Shown piece after piece: positions 10,706 through 20,867 of a stretch of 64,000 nucleotides of DNA. The stretch covers positions 186,001-250,000 of the IMG/VR virus record IMGVR_UViG_3300042923_000281; one strand, given 5' to 3'. Under the pieces are notes generated by a model, which saw only the letters and a list, made by a program, of their open reading frames with translations, was not told the origin of the DNA and did no database searches. Positions within the stretch are counted from its first letter, which is position 1; the number at the start of each line of letters is the position of its first letter. The position numbers were made by a program, and so were the translations under genes.

Positions 10706-11899
10706 TTACGCAGCCAGCAGTTGGTCCACCTTGGTGTCCACGCCGTCGATCATGCGAGCCATGTCCAGCTTGACGCCAGCCATGAGGTTACGCACGGTGT
10801 CGAAGTTGGCCAGTGCATGCGAGATGCCGTAGCGACCGCTGATGAAATCCAGCAGACGGTTGGCTTGCTCTTCTTGCCCGCCTTCTTCGGCTTCACGGTA
10901 CTGACGGTTGTACTCGCGTTGTTCTTCGTTGAACTTCGCCCAGACCTTCTTCCACAGAGCAAAGATTCGCAGCACGCCATGCTTACGCACTTGCTGAGTC
11001 GCCGTGTCGATGTCACGCAGTACCAACGGCATGTCGTAGACGGTGTACTTCTTCGGCTGAGCCTTCAGGGCGTTGAAGTGACGCAGGATGTCGAGCATCT
11101 GCCGGTTGGCGATGTTCCACTGGTCCCAATGCGGTTCAACCGGACCGAACTCAATGCTGTACATGGCAGCGACTTTGGTATTGGCCTCGTACAACGCAGC
11201 CAGACCGCCATCGATGTTTTGCAGCACGGTGTTCAGGAACGATTCGTACGCATAGACGACACTCACCAGACGGTTGTCTTTGATCGCCATGTCGAAGAAC
11301 ATCGACATCTCTTTCCAGGTCTCGGTTTCAACCTGTGGCAGAGCGGTGACCTTTTCAACCTTCTTGAAGTCGACCTTGATGACACGCTTGGTCAGCTCTT
11401 CTTCAACCTTCTTCTCCATCGCAGCACTGCGAGTGGCGGTGATGGCAGAACCTGCGAAGTAGCTCTTGATCTTGGCAGCGAGTGCTTTGATCGCTTCCCA
11501 GATCTTGCGCAGGATGGAACTGAGCATCCCTTCCATTGCTGGACTGTAGTTGACCTTGGAGGGCAACTCAGTGAAGCTGTTGGTCGGCATGGTCACGAAC
11601 GGATCGTTGAAGCCTTCCAACGACGCGGTCATGTTCATCAGGACTTGGGCATCAGCCCGAGAGATGTGACCGGAATCACGCACGCTGTGGTAAACGTTAC
11701 GCAGGCTTTCAAGGGCTGGGGTCAGGATGGTGACATCCTCATCGCTCAGCTCTTCTACCACGGCCAGCTTCTCGACTTCATCGAACAACTGCTCGAGTGA
11801 CAAGCTGTTGATCTCTTCCGTTACTTCAGGAGTCAACTCCAGTGTAGCGGCAAGTTCGTTGATGTCCATCACCGCACCGGAATCGGAAATCATTGACAT
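10706..11899 (-). CDS. Head-internal protein (phiKZ gp86-like)
   Basis: 397 aa with acidic N-terminus and ASLE/PAME|GMLSSILRKIWEAIK motif. Confidence 0.6.
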   Translation of the reverse strand: MSMISDSGAVMDINELAATLELTPEVTEEINSLSLEQLFDEVEKLAVVEELSDEDVTILTPALESLRNVYHSVRDSGHISRADAQVLMNMTASLEGFNDPFVTMPTNSFTELPSKVNYSPAMEGMLSSILRKIWEAIKALAAKIKSYFAGSAITATRSAAMEKKVEEELTKRVIKVDFKKVEKVTALPQVETETWKEMSMFFDMAIKDNRLVSVVYAYESFLNTVLQNIDGGLAALYEANTKVAAMYSIEFGPVEPHWDQWNIANRQMLDILRHFNALKAQPKKYTVYDMPLVLRDIDTATQQVRKHGVLRIFALWKKVWAKFNEEQREYNRQYREAEEGGQEEQANRLLDFISGRYGISHALANFDTVRNLMAGVKLDMARMIDGVDTKVDQLLAA

Positions 11900-11946
11900 T
11901 GAGTTACCCTCATAGGGCGAGAGGAGCCTAGGCTCCTCTCGAGTGG

Positions 11947-12381
11947 TCAGGCTACGATGAAGCGACGGATGTAATCGCTCAGGTCGCTACGCATCAAGCC
12001 GCCAACGCTGTTGTTCAGCACGTCAGCGTGGACTGCGTCAACCGAGGCTTCGAAAGCCGGACGGCGCAGTTGGACGCAGATGTCTTGCACGCTGAGCAGT
12101 TGAGGCTCATGGCACAGGACGTAGCGGTTCTTGTAGATGTCCACGACCATGTTGTAGGTCACGTTCAGGGAGAACGGGTACATCTCGTTGACGTTGCCGA
12201 GCACCTTCTTGACCACGTCGGCATGGAACTGCTCGAAGTGAACCACGATGGAGTCGACCTTGCTGCCTGGCAGAGGGAAGGTGTAGCCCAGCTCAACGGC
12301 CAGTGCGGTTTCCAGGAAGGGTTTGCGTTCCGCTGGGTTCGCAACGCCCTCGAGCAGTTGAAGGAGGCGAGTGATGTTCAT
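11947..12381 (-). CDS. Hypothetical/structural protein (gp85-like)
   Basis: 144 aa ORF directly downstream of the gp84-like gene. Confidence 0.55.
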   Translation of the reverse strand: MNITRLLQLLEGVANPAERKPFLETALAVELGYTFPLPGSKVDSIVVHFEQFHADVVKKVLGNVNEMYPFSLNVTYNMVVDIYKNRYVLCHEPQLLSVQDICVQLRRPAFEASVDAVHADVLNNSVGGLMRSDLSDYIRRFIVA

Positions 12382-12383
12382 GC

Positions 12384-13697
12384 TTACACCTTGGCTTGGA
12401 GTTGGTTGGAAAGTTCGAACAGGCGGTTGTTCACGAGGTTCTCGAGCATACGCTGGAACTTCTGCTCAGCCGGTTTGCCGCTGAACACGCCTTTGATGTA
12501 TTCGCCGATCACGTCAGGGCCGAAGTAGCCTTTGACGCCATTGCGGATCGGAGCGAGGATGTCGTCGATCGCTTGGATCTGATCGAGGATCTCTTGACGC
12601 TGACGCACAGTGAGGTACGCGTCTTTGGCCGAGGCGATCAGTTCACGACGCATGGCTTCGTAGCGCTGAGGGATCGGGTCGTAGATACCGTCATCGCCTT
12701 TGCCGAACAACGGCATGAGCACAGCCAGCAGACCCAGCATGATGCCGATTGGCAACGTTGCTACCACACCACCGACGACCAGCAGACCACCCATCAGGAT
12801 GGTACCGTAGCCCATCAGAGACGACATGATGTTGGCACTGCGACCACGGTACTCTTTGAAGTACGCCGGGTAGCTCTTGTACATGTAGTCCAGAGCTTCA
12901 ACGATGTACTGAGCACCGCCGTGACGGGCCACGAATTGGTCCGAGGAGAACTCGAATGCACGCAGGTCGTAGAACTTGGTGCCCAGCTCCGAACGGATGC
13001 TCTCAACCATGCCCGCCATGACCACTTGTTGCAGCAACAGGGGATCGGTGGAACCGTTGATCTCGCCCAGGTCACGCAGACGCCAGCCGGTCTTCTGTTC
13101 AGCGACCTTGACGACTTCTTGCAGGACCTTGTCATCAGCACCTTCGTGTTGACGGCGGGTGATCTCGGCCACAACCACGTTGGACAGGACCATGCGGCCC
13201 AAGTAACGCAGGTAGGTGAAACCATGGCCCATTTCATGGCAGGCAATAGCTGCGACGTGCATGCCAGTGATGCCGACCATGTTACGGTCCGTAAAGAACT
13301 CGGTGGCGATGAAGATGTCGATCGGGATTTCGCAGTAGATGCCCGAAACCTGACCGGTCTTCACATCAACCGTGCCCTTGAACAGTTCTTGCTCGGAGAC
13401 AGGGCGACCAAAGCGTTTGACCTTGGTGGCGATCTCATCAGGACGCATCGGACTGGCGATGTCAGCTTGTGGCGGAATAACGAAAGCGTTGGGCCCACCC
13501 AGGCGTGCGAAGTTGAAACGGAAGTTCATTTTAGTGACTTTCTTCGCGATCTCGTGAAGAGCAGCACTGACTTTGTTGAAGGTGTCTTTGGACGGATCAC
13601 GGAGACAGGCTTCGAACTGAAGTCCCATTTCCTTGAGCAGTGTAGAGTCGCGTTGGAAGTCAATCGCTTCCATCGAGGCAATGAGGGCTGGATTCAT
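12384..13697 (-). CDS. Virion protein with HExxH zinc-peptidase-like motif and transmembrane hairpin (gp84-like)
   Basis: ASME site, CHEMGH, downstream E-x3-D (EFSSD), hydrophobic stretch in the C-terminal third. Start uncertain. Confidence 0.6.
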   Translation of the reverse strand: MNPALIASMEAIDFQRDSTLLKEMGLQFEACLRDPSKDTFNKVSAALHEIAKKVTKMNFRFNFARLGGPNAFVIPPQADIASPMRPDEIATKVKRFGRPVSEQELFKGTVDVKTGQVSGIYCEIPIDIFIATEFFTDRNMVGITGMHVAAIACHEMGHGFTYLRYLGRMVLSNVVVAEITRRQHEGADDKVLQEVVKVAEQKTGWRLRDLGEINGSTDPLLLQQVVMAGMVESIRSELGTKFYDLRAFEFSSDQFVARHGGAQYIVEALDYMYKSYPAYFKEYRGRSANIMSSLMGYGTILMGGLLVVGGVVATLPIGIMLGLLAVLMPLFGKGDDGIYDPIPQRYEAMRRELIASAKDAYLTVRQRQEILDQIQAIDDILAPIRNGVKGYFGPDVIGEYIKGVFSGKPAEQKFQRMLENLVNNRLFELSNQLQAKV

Positions 13698-13815
13698 GAC
13701 AGAGTCTCTTGAAGGTGGCTTGGTGTAGGTACCCAATCATAGAGATTGGCGTTATTTCTTACAAAGCTCTGGTATTGATTTGTATATACCCACCCAACAG
13801 TTTTCAGGATAGCTC

Positions 13816-15540
13816 ATGACAGCCGTTAAGAAAGCTCCTCTCTTCAACAAAGAGGATGTGTTAGGTCTTGAGTGCAAACACGCGATCTATACCGAACATC
13901 AGCTCAATGACACCGATGACCTCCTGACCGTGAAGGAGTTGGTGTGGCTGAAGGATGGTACTCGTGTGCCGCGACTTCGGTTCTACCCTAACCGCATGCG
14001 CCCCTTTGGCATCACAAAAGAAAAATACCGTAACCACAAGGACAAAAAAGAAGTAGAGGACCTCGATAAGCTGATCCTCTGTGAGACCACCCAGCGTGAC
14101 CTCAACAACCAGATCGTACGACGCATGGGCTATGGCAACCCACGTCAGCAGTTACGCACCTTATGCCGTAACCAGTACATCTACGGGGCAGACATTGCTC
14201 CAGCCACTCTGCTGAAACGCCAGTACCAAGAGAAGTGGCCCGGTCTGTTCCATGCCAACCAAGTCGCCGTACTCGATACCGAGACCGACATGTGGAACGG
14301 TGACGGTAAGGACATCATCATCTCGACGGTGACGTTCAAGAACAAAGCGATCGTGACTATCCTCGACACTTGGATCGAGGGGATACCGGACGCAGTCAAC
14401 CAGATCCGTGATGCACTGAACACGTACTTGGGTCACTTGGTCAAACCACGGGGCATTGAGTTCGAGATCAAGATCATGAAGTCCGCCGGGGCCATGGTCA
14501 AAGAGTGTGTCGACAAGTGCCATGAGTGGATGCCGGATTTCGTGTCCTTCTGGAACATGGACTTCGACATGACGGTAATGATCCGTGCTCTGGAGAACGA
14601 GGGTTACAACCTCGCTGAAGTCTTCAGTGCTCCGGAAGTGCCGAAAGAGTACAAGTACTTCAAGTACAAGCGTGGTCCTGATCAGAAGGTCAAGGCTGAC
14701 GGCAAGTCGGAGAACTTGGCATGGTACGACCGCTGGCACACCGTCACCACTCCGTCCAGTCACTTCTGGATCGACAGTGCGGCTGTGTACCGGAACATCC
14801 GTCGGGCGAAGGGTAAGGAGCCGAGTTACGCTCTCGACAAGATCTTGAAGAAGAACTTGGGTGAGGACTTCGGTAAGCTGTACTTCCCAACTGGTGATTC
14901 CTCTGCTCACCCTGGTAGTGTCGAATGGCACATGCAGATGCAGAAGAGCTTCAAGATCCCGTACGTCGTGTATAACGTGTATGACTGCTTGGGCGTAGAG
15001 CTGCTGGATGAGAAGGTGACTGACCTGAACACCCAGATCGGTATCTTGTCTGGGTCGTCGGAATACAGCATCTTCAACTCCAACCCGAAACGTAACGTCA
15101 ACGACTTCTACTTTGACATGCTCAAAGAAGGGATGATGACGGGCACGTTGTCGGACCGCATGGAAGACGAACTGGATCGTCTGCTGCTCGGTAAGGAAGA
15201 TTGGATCGTCACGCTGCCAACGAGTCTGGTGGAAGCGAACGGCGTGTACATGATCAAGGACTTGCCAACCGTGCGTTCATTCGTACGTCGGTACACGTCT
15301 GACGCCGACATCGGGTCTACGTATCCGAACGGCGAGATCATCATGAACCTGTCGAAGATGACGACGATGTACGAGGTCTGTCGGATTGCAGGGGTGACAG
15401 CCAGCAAGCAACGACTGGTGGGGATCAACCTTACAGGCGGCCCAGTGAACTCAATCGAGATCATGACCGATGTGATGAAGGCTCCCGATCCATTCGAATT
15501 GCTGGAAGCGTTCGAAGAAGAACTCAAGCAAGCTGCGTAA
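13816..15540 (+). CDS. Split family-B DNA polymerase, exonuclease plus motif A subunit (phiKZ gp82-like)
   Basis: ExoI DTETD, ExoII WNMDFD, ExoIII YNVYD, motif A DIGSTYP. Confidence 0.85.
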   Translation: MTAVKKAPLFNKEDVLGLECKHAIYTEHQLNDTDDLLTVKELVWLKDGTRVPRLRFYPNRMRPFGITKEKYRNHKDKKEVEDLDKLILCETTQRDLNNQIVRRMGYGNPRQQLRTLCRNQYIYGADIAPATLLKRQYQEKWPGLFHANQVAVLDTETDMWNGDGKDIIISTVTFKNKAIVTILDTWIEGIPDAVNQIRDALNTYLGHLVKPRGIEFEIKIMKSAGAMVKECVDKCHEWMPDFVSFWNMDFDMTVMIRALENEGYNLAEVFSAPEVPKEYKYFKYKRGPDQKVKADGKSENLAWYDRWHTVTTPSSHFWIDSAAVYRNIRRAKGKEPSYALDKILKKNLGEDFGKLYFPTGDSSAHPGSVEWHMQMQKSFKIPYVVYNVYDCLGVELLDEKVTDLNTQIGILSGSSEYSIFNSNPKRNVNDFYFDMLKEGMMTGTLSDRMEDELDRLLLGKEDWIVTLPTSLVEANGVYMIKDLPTVRSFVRRYTSDADIGSTYPNGEIIMNLSKMTTMYEVCRIAGVTASKQRLVGINLTGGPVNSIEIMTDVMKAPDPFELLEAFEEELKQAA

Positions 15541-15600
15541 ACAAAGAAAAAAATAAAGCCCGGGCCTTCTTGGCCTGGGTTCTATTTCGTGTGCCCGTAA

Positions 15601-15867
15601 TCAGGGCTTTGGTTCCTCCTTCTTGATGATGTTGATTTCGACATGCTGGTGGATCTCTTTACCCTCATGTACGGCGTAGGCTGTTACTCCTGAATGAACC
15701 ACCCATGCAAACGCTAGTGCAATCATTCCGTATCCAAACCACTTCATTTCACCAACCTCTACGTTGATTAGTTTAAGGTCTTTGAACTTGAACCACTTAT
15801 CTAATCTATTTGTTACCCAGTTTAACGCTTTCTTCATACTGCCTCTCTTATTGTTGTTTACATTCAT
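15601..15867 (-). CDS. Small AT-rich single-TM hypothetical protein
   Basis: 88 aa, SD GGAGG, one hydrophobic helix. Confidence 0.6.
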   Translation of the reverse strand: MNVNNNKRGSMKKALNWVTNRLDKWFKFKDLKLINVEVGEMKWFGYGMIALAFAWVVHSGVTAYAVHEGKEIHQHVEINIIKKEEPKP

Positions 15868-15986
15868 TTGGTCCTCCGTGTGGCCCTTATTAATAGTGTA
15901 ACATATCCCCGTTACATGTCAATGACCGTTCGTCGGCTTTGACGGGGTGACTGGGGAGAACCGCTCTCCCCAGTGCACAGGTTTAC

Positions 15987-16256
15987 TTATGGATACAACG
16001 CAACGCAGAACGGTCCGGGATAGAACAGGCAACGACCTGCTGCAACCAGCATGATCAATCCAACGAACATCATGCCCAGACAGAACAGCTCAAGGCGATG
16101 AAACCATTTGGATGCATGTTTCCCGGTGCGTCTGCCCCAGTCGTCCTTCTCGATGGACTTGATGAACAACTCAGTCTTGATGCCGACGGCACCCAGACCA
16201 ATGATGAACAGCAAAGACAGTCCAATGAACCACATCCCGAATGCTGAGACACTCAC
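15987..16256 (-). CDS. Small 2-TM membrane protein (paralogue of 16269..16541)
   Basis: SD AAGGAGGAG, two hydrophobic helices, CxFxPxxxC. Confidence 0.65.
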   Translation of the reverse strand: MSVSAFGMWFIGLSLLFIIGLGAVGIKTELFIKSIEKDDWGRRTGKHASKWFHRLELFCLGMMFVGLIMLVAAGRCLFYPGPFCVALYP

Positions 16257-16268
16257 TACTTCTCCTCC

Positions 16269-16541
16269 TTACTCAATGAAAAGACTATAACAGATCTGGT
16301 CAGGCCAGAAGATGCACTTGAATATATAAAGCGTCAGGAAGAACCCCACGAGCAACGTCTTCGTGAAGAACTTCTGTCGCTTATACATCCACTTGGGTGC
16401 GTATCTACGATTGTAGCCACTACCCCATGCACGCCACCAGATGCACAGGTTGAGCCAAAAGAGTATCACAGCACTCCCGAGGAACAAGCCTAATGCAATA
16501 CCGGCATACCAGAAACCCTGAGTGGATATGACCAGAGTCAT
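16269..16541 (-). CDS. Small 2-TM membrane protein
   Basis: ATGA overlap with the upstream gene, two hydrophobic helices, CxFxPxxxC. Confidence 0.65.
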   Translation of the reverse strand: MTLVISTQGFWYAGIALGLFLGSAVILFWLNLCIWWRAWGSGYNRRYAPKWMYKRQKFFTKTLLVGFFLTLYIFKCIFWPDQICYSLFIE

Positions 16542-16858
16542 TTGAACTCCCGGCGTTGCCTCTTTTCATGGCGCAGACGTTCCACATTGGGACGCCGTGC
16601 ATTCTTGAGAGACCGTTTGAGCTTGCGCACCTTGTTCTTCGCAGCGAGCGACATGCTGTTGAACTTGCGACGCAGGCGAATATCGCGTGGCAGTTGAGGC
16701 TTCGGCATCTCGAAGGACGGGGTGTCACCATCGTAGTCTGCCTGAGGAGACCGGAGAGGCCTCTGGAAGATGTCCGATTCAATATCCCGAGGGAATGGTT
16801 TACCCGATTCTTCTTTCAGCCGCATGGCCCCGACGAGTAGATCGTTGTCCTTGCTCAT
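16538..16858 (-). CDS. Hypothetical protein with basic C-terminus
   Basis: 106 aa with ATGA overlaps at both ends. Confidence 0.55.
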   Translation of the reverse strand: MSKDNDLLVGAMRLKEESGKPFPRDIESDIFQRPLRSPQADYDGDTPSFEMPKPQLPRDIRLRRKFNSMSLAAKNKVRKLKRSLKNARRPNVERLRHEKRQRREFK

Positions 16859-18063
16859 TCCTTGTCTTCCTTCTTGTCTTCGTCACCAATGAACTTCTCA
16901 ATGGTGTCGTTGACTTCCCTGGGCAGTTCTGGATCAAGGAAGACGGTGTGGACAGGTTCGCCACGACCCATCCCTGGACGGTACATGCGAGCAACAGCAA
17001 TGGAGTCGACCGAGTGATCTTCCATTGTTGCCAGATGAGTACGGCGCGACAACCAACGGCCATCATTGTCCTTAGTCACCGTGCACTGTGCCGTCAGAGA
17101 CTCTTTACCGAGTGCCCGAGCCCACGCAGCCAGCCGACGTTTGTAGGCCACCTTGACCCGCAACGAAGCATTGTTGTACTGGCGGCGATTGTGTACCGGA
17201 TCGGTGGTCAACTTCATCTGGTCTTCAGAACACGCCACCAATCGTCCCCGGTATTCGGACGTGAGGAATGGGGTGCTGCGAAGTCGATGCAGTTGGGACA
17301 TGCCTTGAAGTGAGTCTTTCAGAGCGGTCGGGTTCTGCAACAGAGCCTTGCTTGCCGAACGAGACTCCAGTCCATCCGCAATGAACTTGTCCAGCACGCT
17401 GGTATCGCCGAGGAAGTGCAGGGCATACAGCTCAGCATCGCTTTCATCACCCTTTATTGGGGGAGAGACGATGATACCCCGAGAGGCAAACGGCTGAGCG
17501 TGTTCCAACTTGCGACGAGCGATCATCGGCGTGGAACCTGTCACAATGACAGGCACAGTCGGGCTGTCCATCCCTATATCCAGTGCCTTCTGAACGGCTT
17601 CTGGAGAGATGTCGATAAGACCACCGCTTTCAGTCATCCCATCTTTCAAGGCCGCTGCCATCGCACGGATAACGTTACCTTGCTGGGAAGGTTTACGCAT
17701 GTAGTCCTCGATGCTCGGTACAGGACGTTCCAGCATCGGATCGTCTTGGAACGGGTTGGTCGAACCTACATACTGGCAAGGAATGTCATCGACCATGACC
17801 AGATGTTCCTCGTCATAGCAGAGGTAGACCTTCAGCCAACTGGTGCCAATCCAGGACCCTTCAATGCGGGTCTCGATTTCACCGTAGGTCATGCGTGCCC
17901 AGTTGTAACCAACACGATCCATGGCCACGTACAGGTACTCACAGTGCAGGTCCTTCGAAGACTCCAGTACGGCAGCCGATTGTGCGATCACCGAGAACTT
18001 GACCCCTCGTGGCAGGATCAAGCGGAAGTTAGTGATGTGTTTCTTCAGTTCTTCGCGATTCAT
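16855..18063 (-). CDS. Hypothetical protein
   Basis: Long ORF; start placed at MNREEL, downstream of the hairpin at about 18095. Confidence 0.6.
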   Translation of the reverse strand: MNREELKKHITNFRLILPRGVKFSVIAQSAAVLESSKDLHCEYLYVAMDRVGYNWARMTYGEIETRIEGSWIGTSWLKVYLCYDEEHLVMVDDIPCQYVGSTNPFQDDPMLERPVPSIEDYMRKPSQQGNVIRAMAAALKDGMTESGGLIDISPEAVQKALDIGMDSPTVPVIVTGSTPMIARRKLEHAQPFASRGIIVSPPIKGDESDAELYALHFLGDTSVLDKFIADGLESRSASKALLQNPTALKDSLQGMSQLHRLRSTPFLTSEYRGRLVACSEDQMKLTTDPVHNRRQYNNASLRVKVAYKRRLAAWARALGKESLTAQCTVTKDNDGRWLSRRTHLATMEDHSVDSIAVARMYRPGMGRGEPVHTVFLDPELPREVNDTIEKFIGDEDKKEDKE

Positions 18064-18125
18064 GATGTACATCCCATGGTGAGAAAATAAAAGAGAGGGC
18101 CGAAGCCCTCTCCTATTTACGTGTG

Positions 18126-18491
18126 TTAGAAATTCAGGCCAATAGCACCTGCGCCCTTGGTGGTGAACCAACGCTGCTTGACACCGTAGATGTCCAACAT
18201 GGTCGGGCCAACATTCAGCACGTCACAGGTGGCTTCGATAAGATCCATCACGTGGATCTCAGGATCGAGGATCTCGATCTTGCCAAAGCCAGTATCCGTT
18301 TGCTTCGCCCGGCAGACCACACGGCCATACTGATCGAAACGCACTTCCCCGTCTTCCTTCGAATACTCGATATGGAAGTACTGCCCCATCGTGTCGCAGC
18401 CAGTATCATCAATGATGTTAGCAGCAGCGAGTTGTTCCAGACGTTCGATGAACTTCTGGTTCAGTTGACGAGCGGAGAGTTGTTGAGTCAT
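18126..18491 (-). CDS. Hypothetical protein
   Basis: 121 aa, SD AAGGA, followed by a terminator hairpin. Confidence 0.65.
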   Translation of the reverse strand: MTQQLSARQLNQKFIERLEQLAAANIIDDTGCDTMGQYFHIEYSKEDGEVRFDQYGRVVCRAKQTDTGFGKIEILDPEIHVMDLIEATCDVLNVGPTMLDIYGVKQRWFTTKGAGAIGLNF

Positions 18492-18552
18492 TGTTGCATT
18501 CCTTTACTTGGTTAGTGTTGTTTCTTATAGTTGGGGAAGAGGTCCCCATACC

Positions 18553-19341
18553 TTATTCGCCTTCCAGTTCTTTCCGAACGCCTTCCAGAGTCAAGCCTGG
18601 CATGCATTCCCCTTCAGCAAACTCTTCAGGGCCCGTTTCATCGTTACGCTCAACCTTGCCCACTTGCCCCAGGTTGATGAGATCCCGGTATTGATCTTCT
18701 TCGAAGTGAACATCAAAACCGAGGAAGTCGATCTCACATCCACCGCTGCCGACGTAGCCAGTAGCGACCTGATGATCGAACGCGTTGGTCCAGTAGATCT
18801 CACGATCACCGAACGCATGGTCACGCAGCTCATCACGAGTAGCCGTGGAGAGCAGATTGACCGCATCATCGTAGGTGAACTCAGCGCGAGGCCAAGTGGT
18901 CGCTTCGATGTCAGCCGGATCGACGTCGAGGTAGAAGTGATCGAGGCCGTGAGACTTCTCCTTCTGCTCGCTGCGATCGTAGACTGCCAAGATACGGGAC
19001 TTGGCTTCCACTGTCACTACGTCACCTGTCTGAGTCGTCAACAGACGGCACAGGCGATCCACGTCCGCATTGTTCGTAGGCCAGATGCGGAACTTGCTTT
19101 CAACAGTGTCGCCCACGATGATCAACAGATCGAAGTTGGCTTCACCATCGAACTTGCCCATGGCCAACGACTCGAGACGGAAGGTCTCGATGACGTCACC
19201 GTAGTTGGTGATGTCGGTCACGAACTTGAAACCGGACTCAGTTTCAATGGTACGGATGCGACCGTAGTCCACTTCCAGATCGTCAGTGGTGACGATCACG
19301 CAGTCACGGCCATTCTCGTAGAACTCGTGTTGGGTATTCAT
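18553..19341 (-). CDS. Hypothetical acidic protein (probable early gene)
   Basis: 262 aa, SD AAGGAG, TACATGAT promoter-like motif upstream. Confidence 0.65.
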   Translation of the reverse strand: MNTQHEFYENGRDCVIVTTDDLEVDYGRIRTIETESGFKFVTDITNYGDVIETFRLESLAMGKFDGEANFDLLIIVGDTVESKFRIWPTNNADVDRLCRLLTTQTGDVVTVEAKSRILAVYDRSEQKEKSHGLDHFYLDVDPADIEATTWPRAEFTYDDAVNLLSTATRDELRDHAFGDREIYWTNAFDHQVATGYVGSGGCEIDFLGFDVHFEEDQYRDLINLGQVGKVERNDETGPEEFAEGECMPGLTLEGVRKELEGE

Positions 19342-19462
19342 GCTGACTCCTTAAATCTTGGTTAGTTGCTAGGTCGACTGTTCTCCCTAGTCACCGCTAT
19401 CATGTATTGTTTCAAATCTTTCGAATCAACAAAAGAAAAGGAGGGGTGCACCCCTCCTCCAT

Positions 19463-19939
19463 TCACTCTACCCGCAGTAGGACGTTGTCTTCGAACGTGT
19501 GCCACAGATGAAGGCTCTTATGTTCCATCATGGCAGCATGCATCGCAGGGATGTCCAGAGCGTCGTACGTCGAGGCATACGTGGCTAAGGCATGCACGAC
19601 ACTGTTTGATCCACCAATCGACTCCATGCGGTCCTGAGAGGCTTGTGAGATCTCTTTGAAGTCCAAGTAGTCACCCACGACATTGATAGTCTGCGGGATT
19701 TCGTTGTTGACATACTTGCTTGTCAGATGACGCAGGGCGATCGCCGCCAGCATGAGACGCTGCCGCCCGACAAACATACCGGACTGCCGCCCGATCTTCT
19801 CCAATGCTCGCGTAGGGACGTGCTGAAGGCCACCGTGCTGTTGACACAGCTCCATGTACTTCATCGCTGCTCGCTTACCACTGAAGTAGCCGTTGAAGTA
19901 GCCCTTCACGTAGCCGAAGTAATAACCGATTGATTTCAT
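19463..19939 (-). CDS. Hypothetical protein
   Basis: 158 aa ORF coupled to the upstream gene. Confidence 0.55.
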   Translation of the reverse strand: MKSIGYYFGYVKGYFNGYFSGKRAAMKYMELCQQHGGLQHVPTRALEKIGRQSGMFVGRQRLMLAAIALRHLTSKYVNNEIPQTINVVGDYLDFKEISQASQDRMESIGGSNSVVHALATYASTYDALDIPAMHAAMMEHKSLHLWHTFEDNVLLRVE

Positions 19940-19940
19940 G

Positions 19941-20420
19941 TCATTGTCCGTAGTAGTAATGGAAGGCGTCTGGGATGTCCGACGTGAAGATGTCTGGCGG
20001 AGCCGCAGTCAACTTGAACGTCATGAGGACTTCGCCCTCGGCGTAGGTGGTCGTCTCGTTAATACGAGTCTCACGTTTGAAGACACACTTGTCACCGTTG
20101 AAGCGGACATAACCGAAGTACGAGTTCTGCCCGTACAGTTGCTTGTTCTGCAACGTGCTACGCTTCGACCCCAATGGTGCCTCACCTGACACGACAATCA
20201 CGGTGACATCGCGACGTGCACCGATCTTGACGATGTAGTAGCAACGACCGAGCTGCTTGAGCATGGCCGGATGGATCTTCAGCTGGGTGTTGAGCTTACG
20301 GTTGACTGCATTGAGTATCTGAGAGCGTTTGGTGGTCGCTTCTTTTCGAGTGACCTTAGGTTTGGGCAGTAGTTTGCGCAAACGGGCAGCGTCGATGTCG
20401 TTTCTCAATTCAGGATGCAT
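19941..20420 (-). CDS. Hypothetical basic protein
   Basis: 159 aa, SD GGAAG. Confidence 0.55.
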   Translation of the reverse strand: MHPELRNDIDAARLRKLLPKPKVTRKEATTKRSQILNAVNRKLNTQLKIHPAMLKQLGRCYYIVKIGARRDVTVIVVSGEAPLGSKRSTLQNKQLYGQNSYFGYVRFNGDKCVFKRETRINETTTYAEGEVLMTFKLTAAPPDIFTSDIPDAFHYYYGQ

Positions 20421-20483
20421 GGTGTACTTCCAATGGTCAGGTTATAATGGTGGACGGCATAAATGGAGGCCGAAGCCTCCTAG

Positions 20484-20867
20484 TTATGCACGAAACTCTG
20501 TGGCAGACATTGTTGGTGCATCCACAATCTGTTCGATGACATCGTATCGTCCTCGGTGGAGGAGTAACGCGATCATCGACAGCTTGCCCTTATCGCCCGG
20601 CGTTTGTGCCTGTAGCGAAGAACCGAATCGACTGATGACTCTTTCCATGAGAGAAGCGTACTTCTTCTCAATGATGGTCACCTTCATCGACTCGATCAGG
20701 GCAAGTAGTGGGATCTGTGCTTCGTCCGCCTCTAATGTGCGGATCTTCTCTGTACCCAACTCCATCGCGTGGCTGAATGACTTCCCAATGCCCATGAACT
20801 GAGCCGTTAGGTCAGCATTGTCATCGAAAGCCCCACGGAATGAAGGATGAAACAGGTAGTAATGCAT
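20484..20867 (-). CDS. Hypothetical protein
   Basis: 127 aa, SD AGGAG, followed by a UUCG hairpin. Confidence 0.6.
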   Translation of the reverse strand: MHYYLFHPSFRGAFDDNADLTAQFMGIGKSFSHAMELGTEKIRTLEADEAQIPLLALIESMKVTIIEKKYASLMERVISRFGSSLQAQTPGDKGKLSMIALLLHRGRYDVIEQIVDAPTMSATEFRA

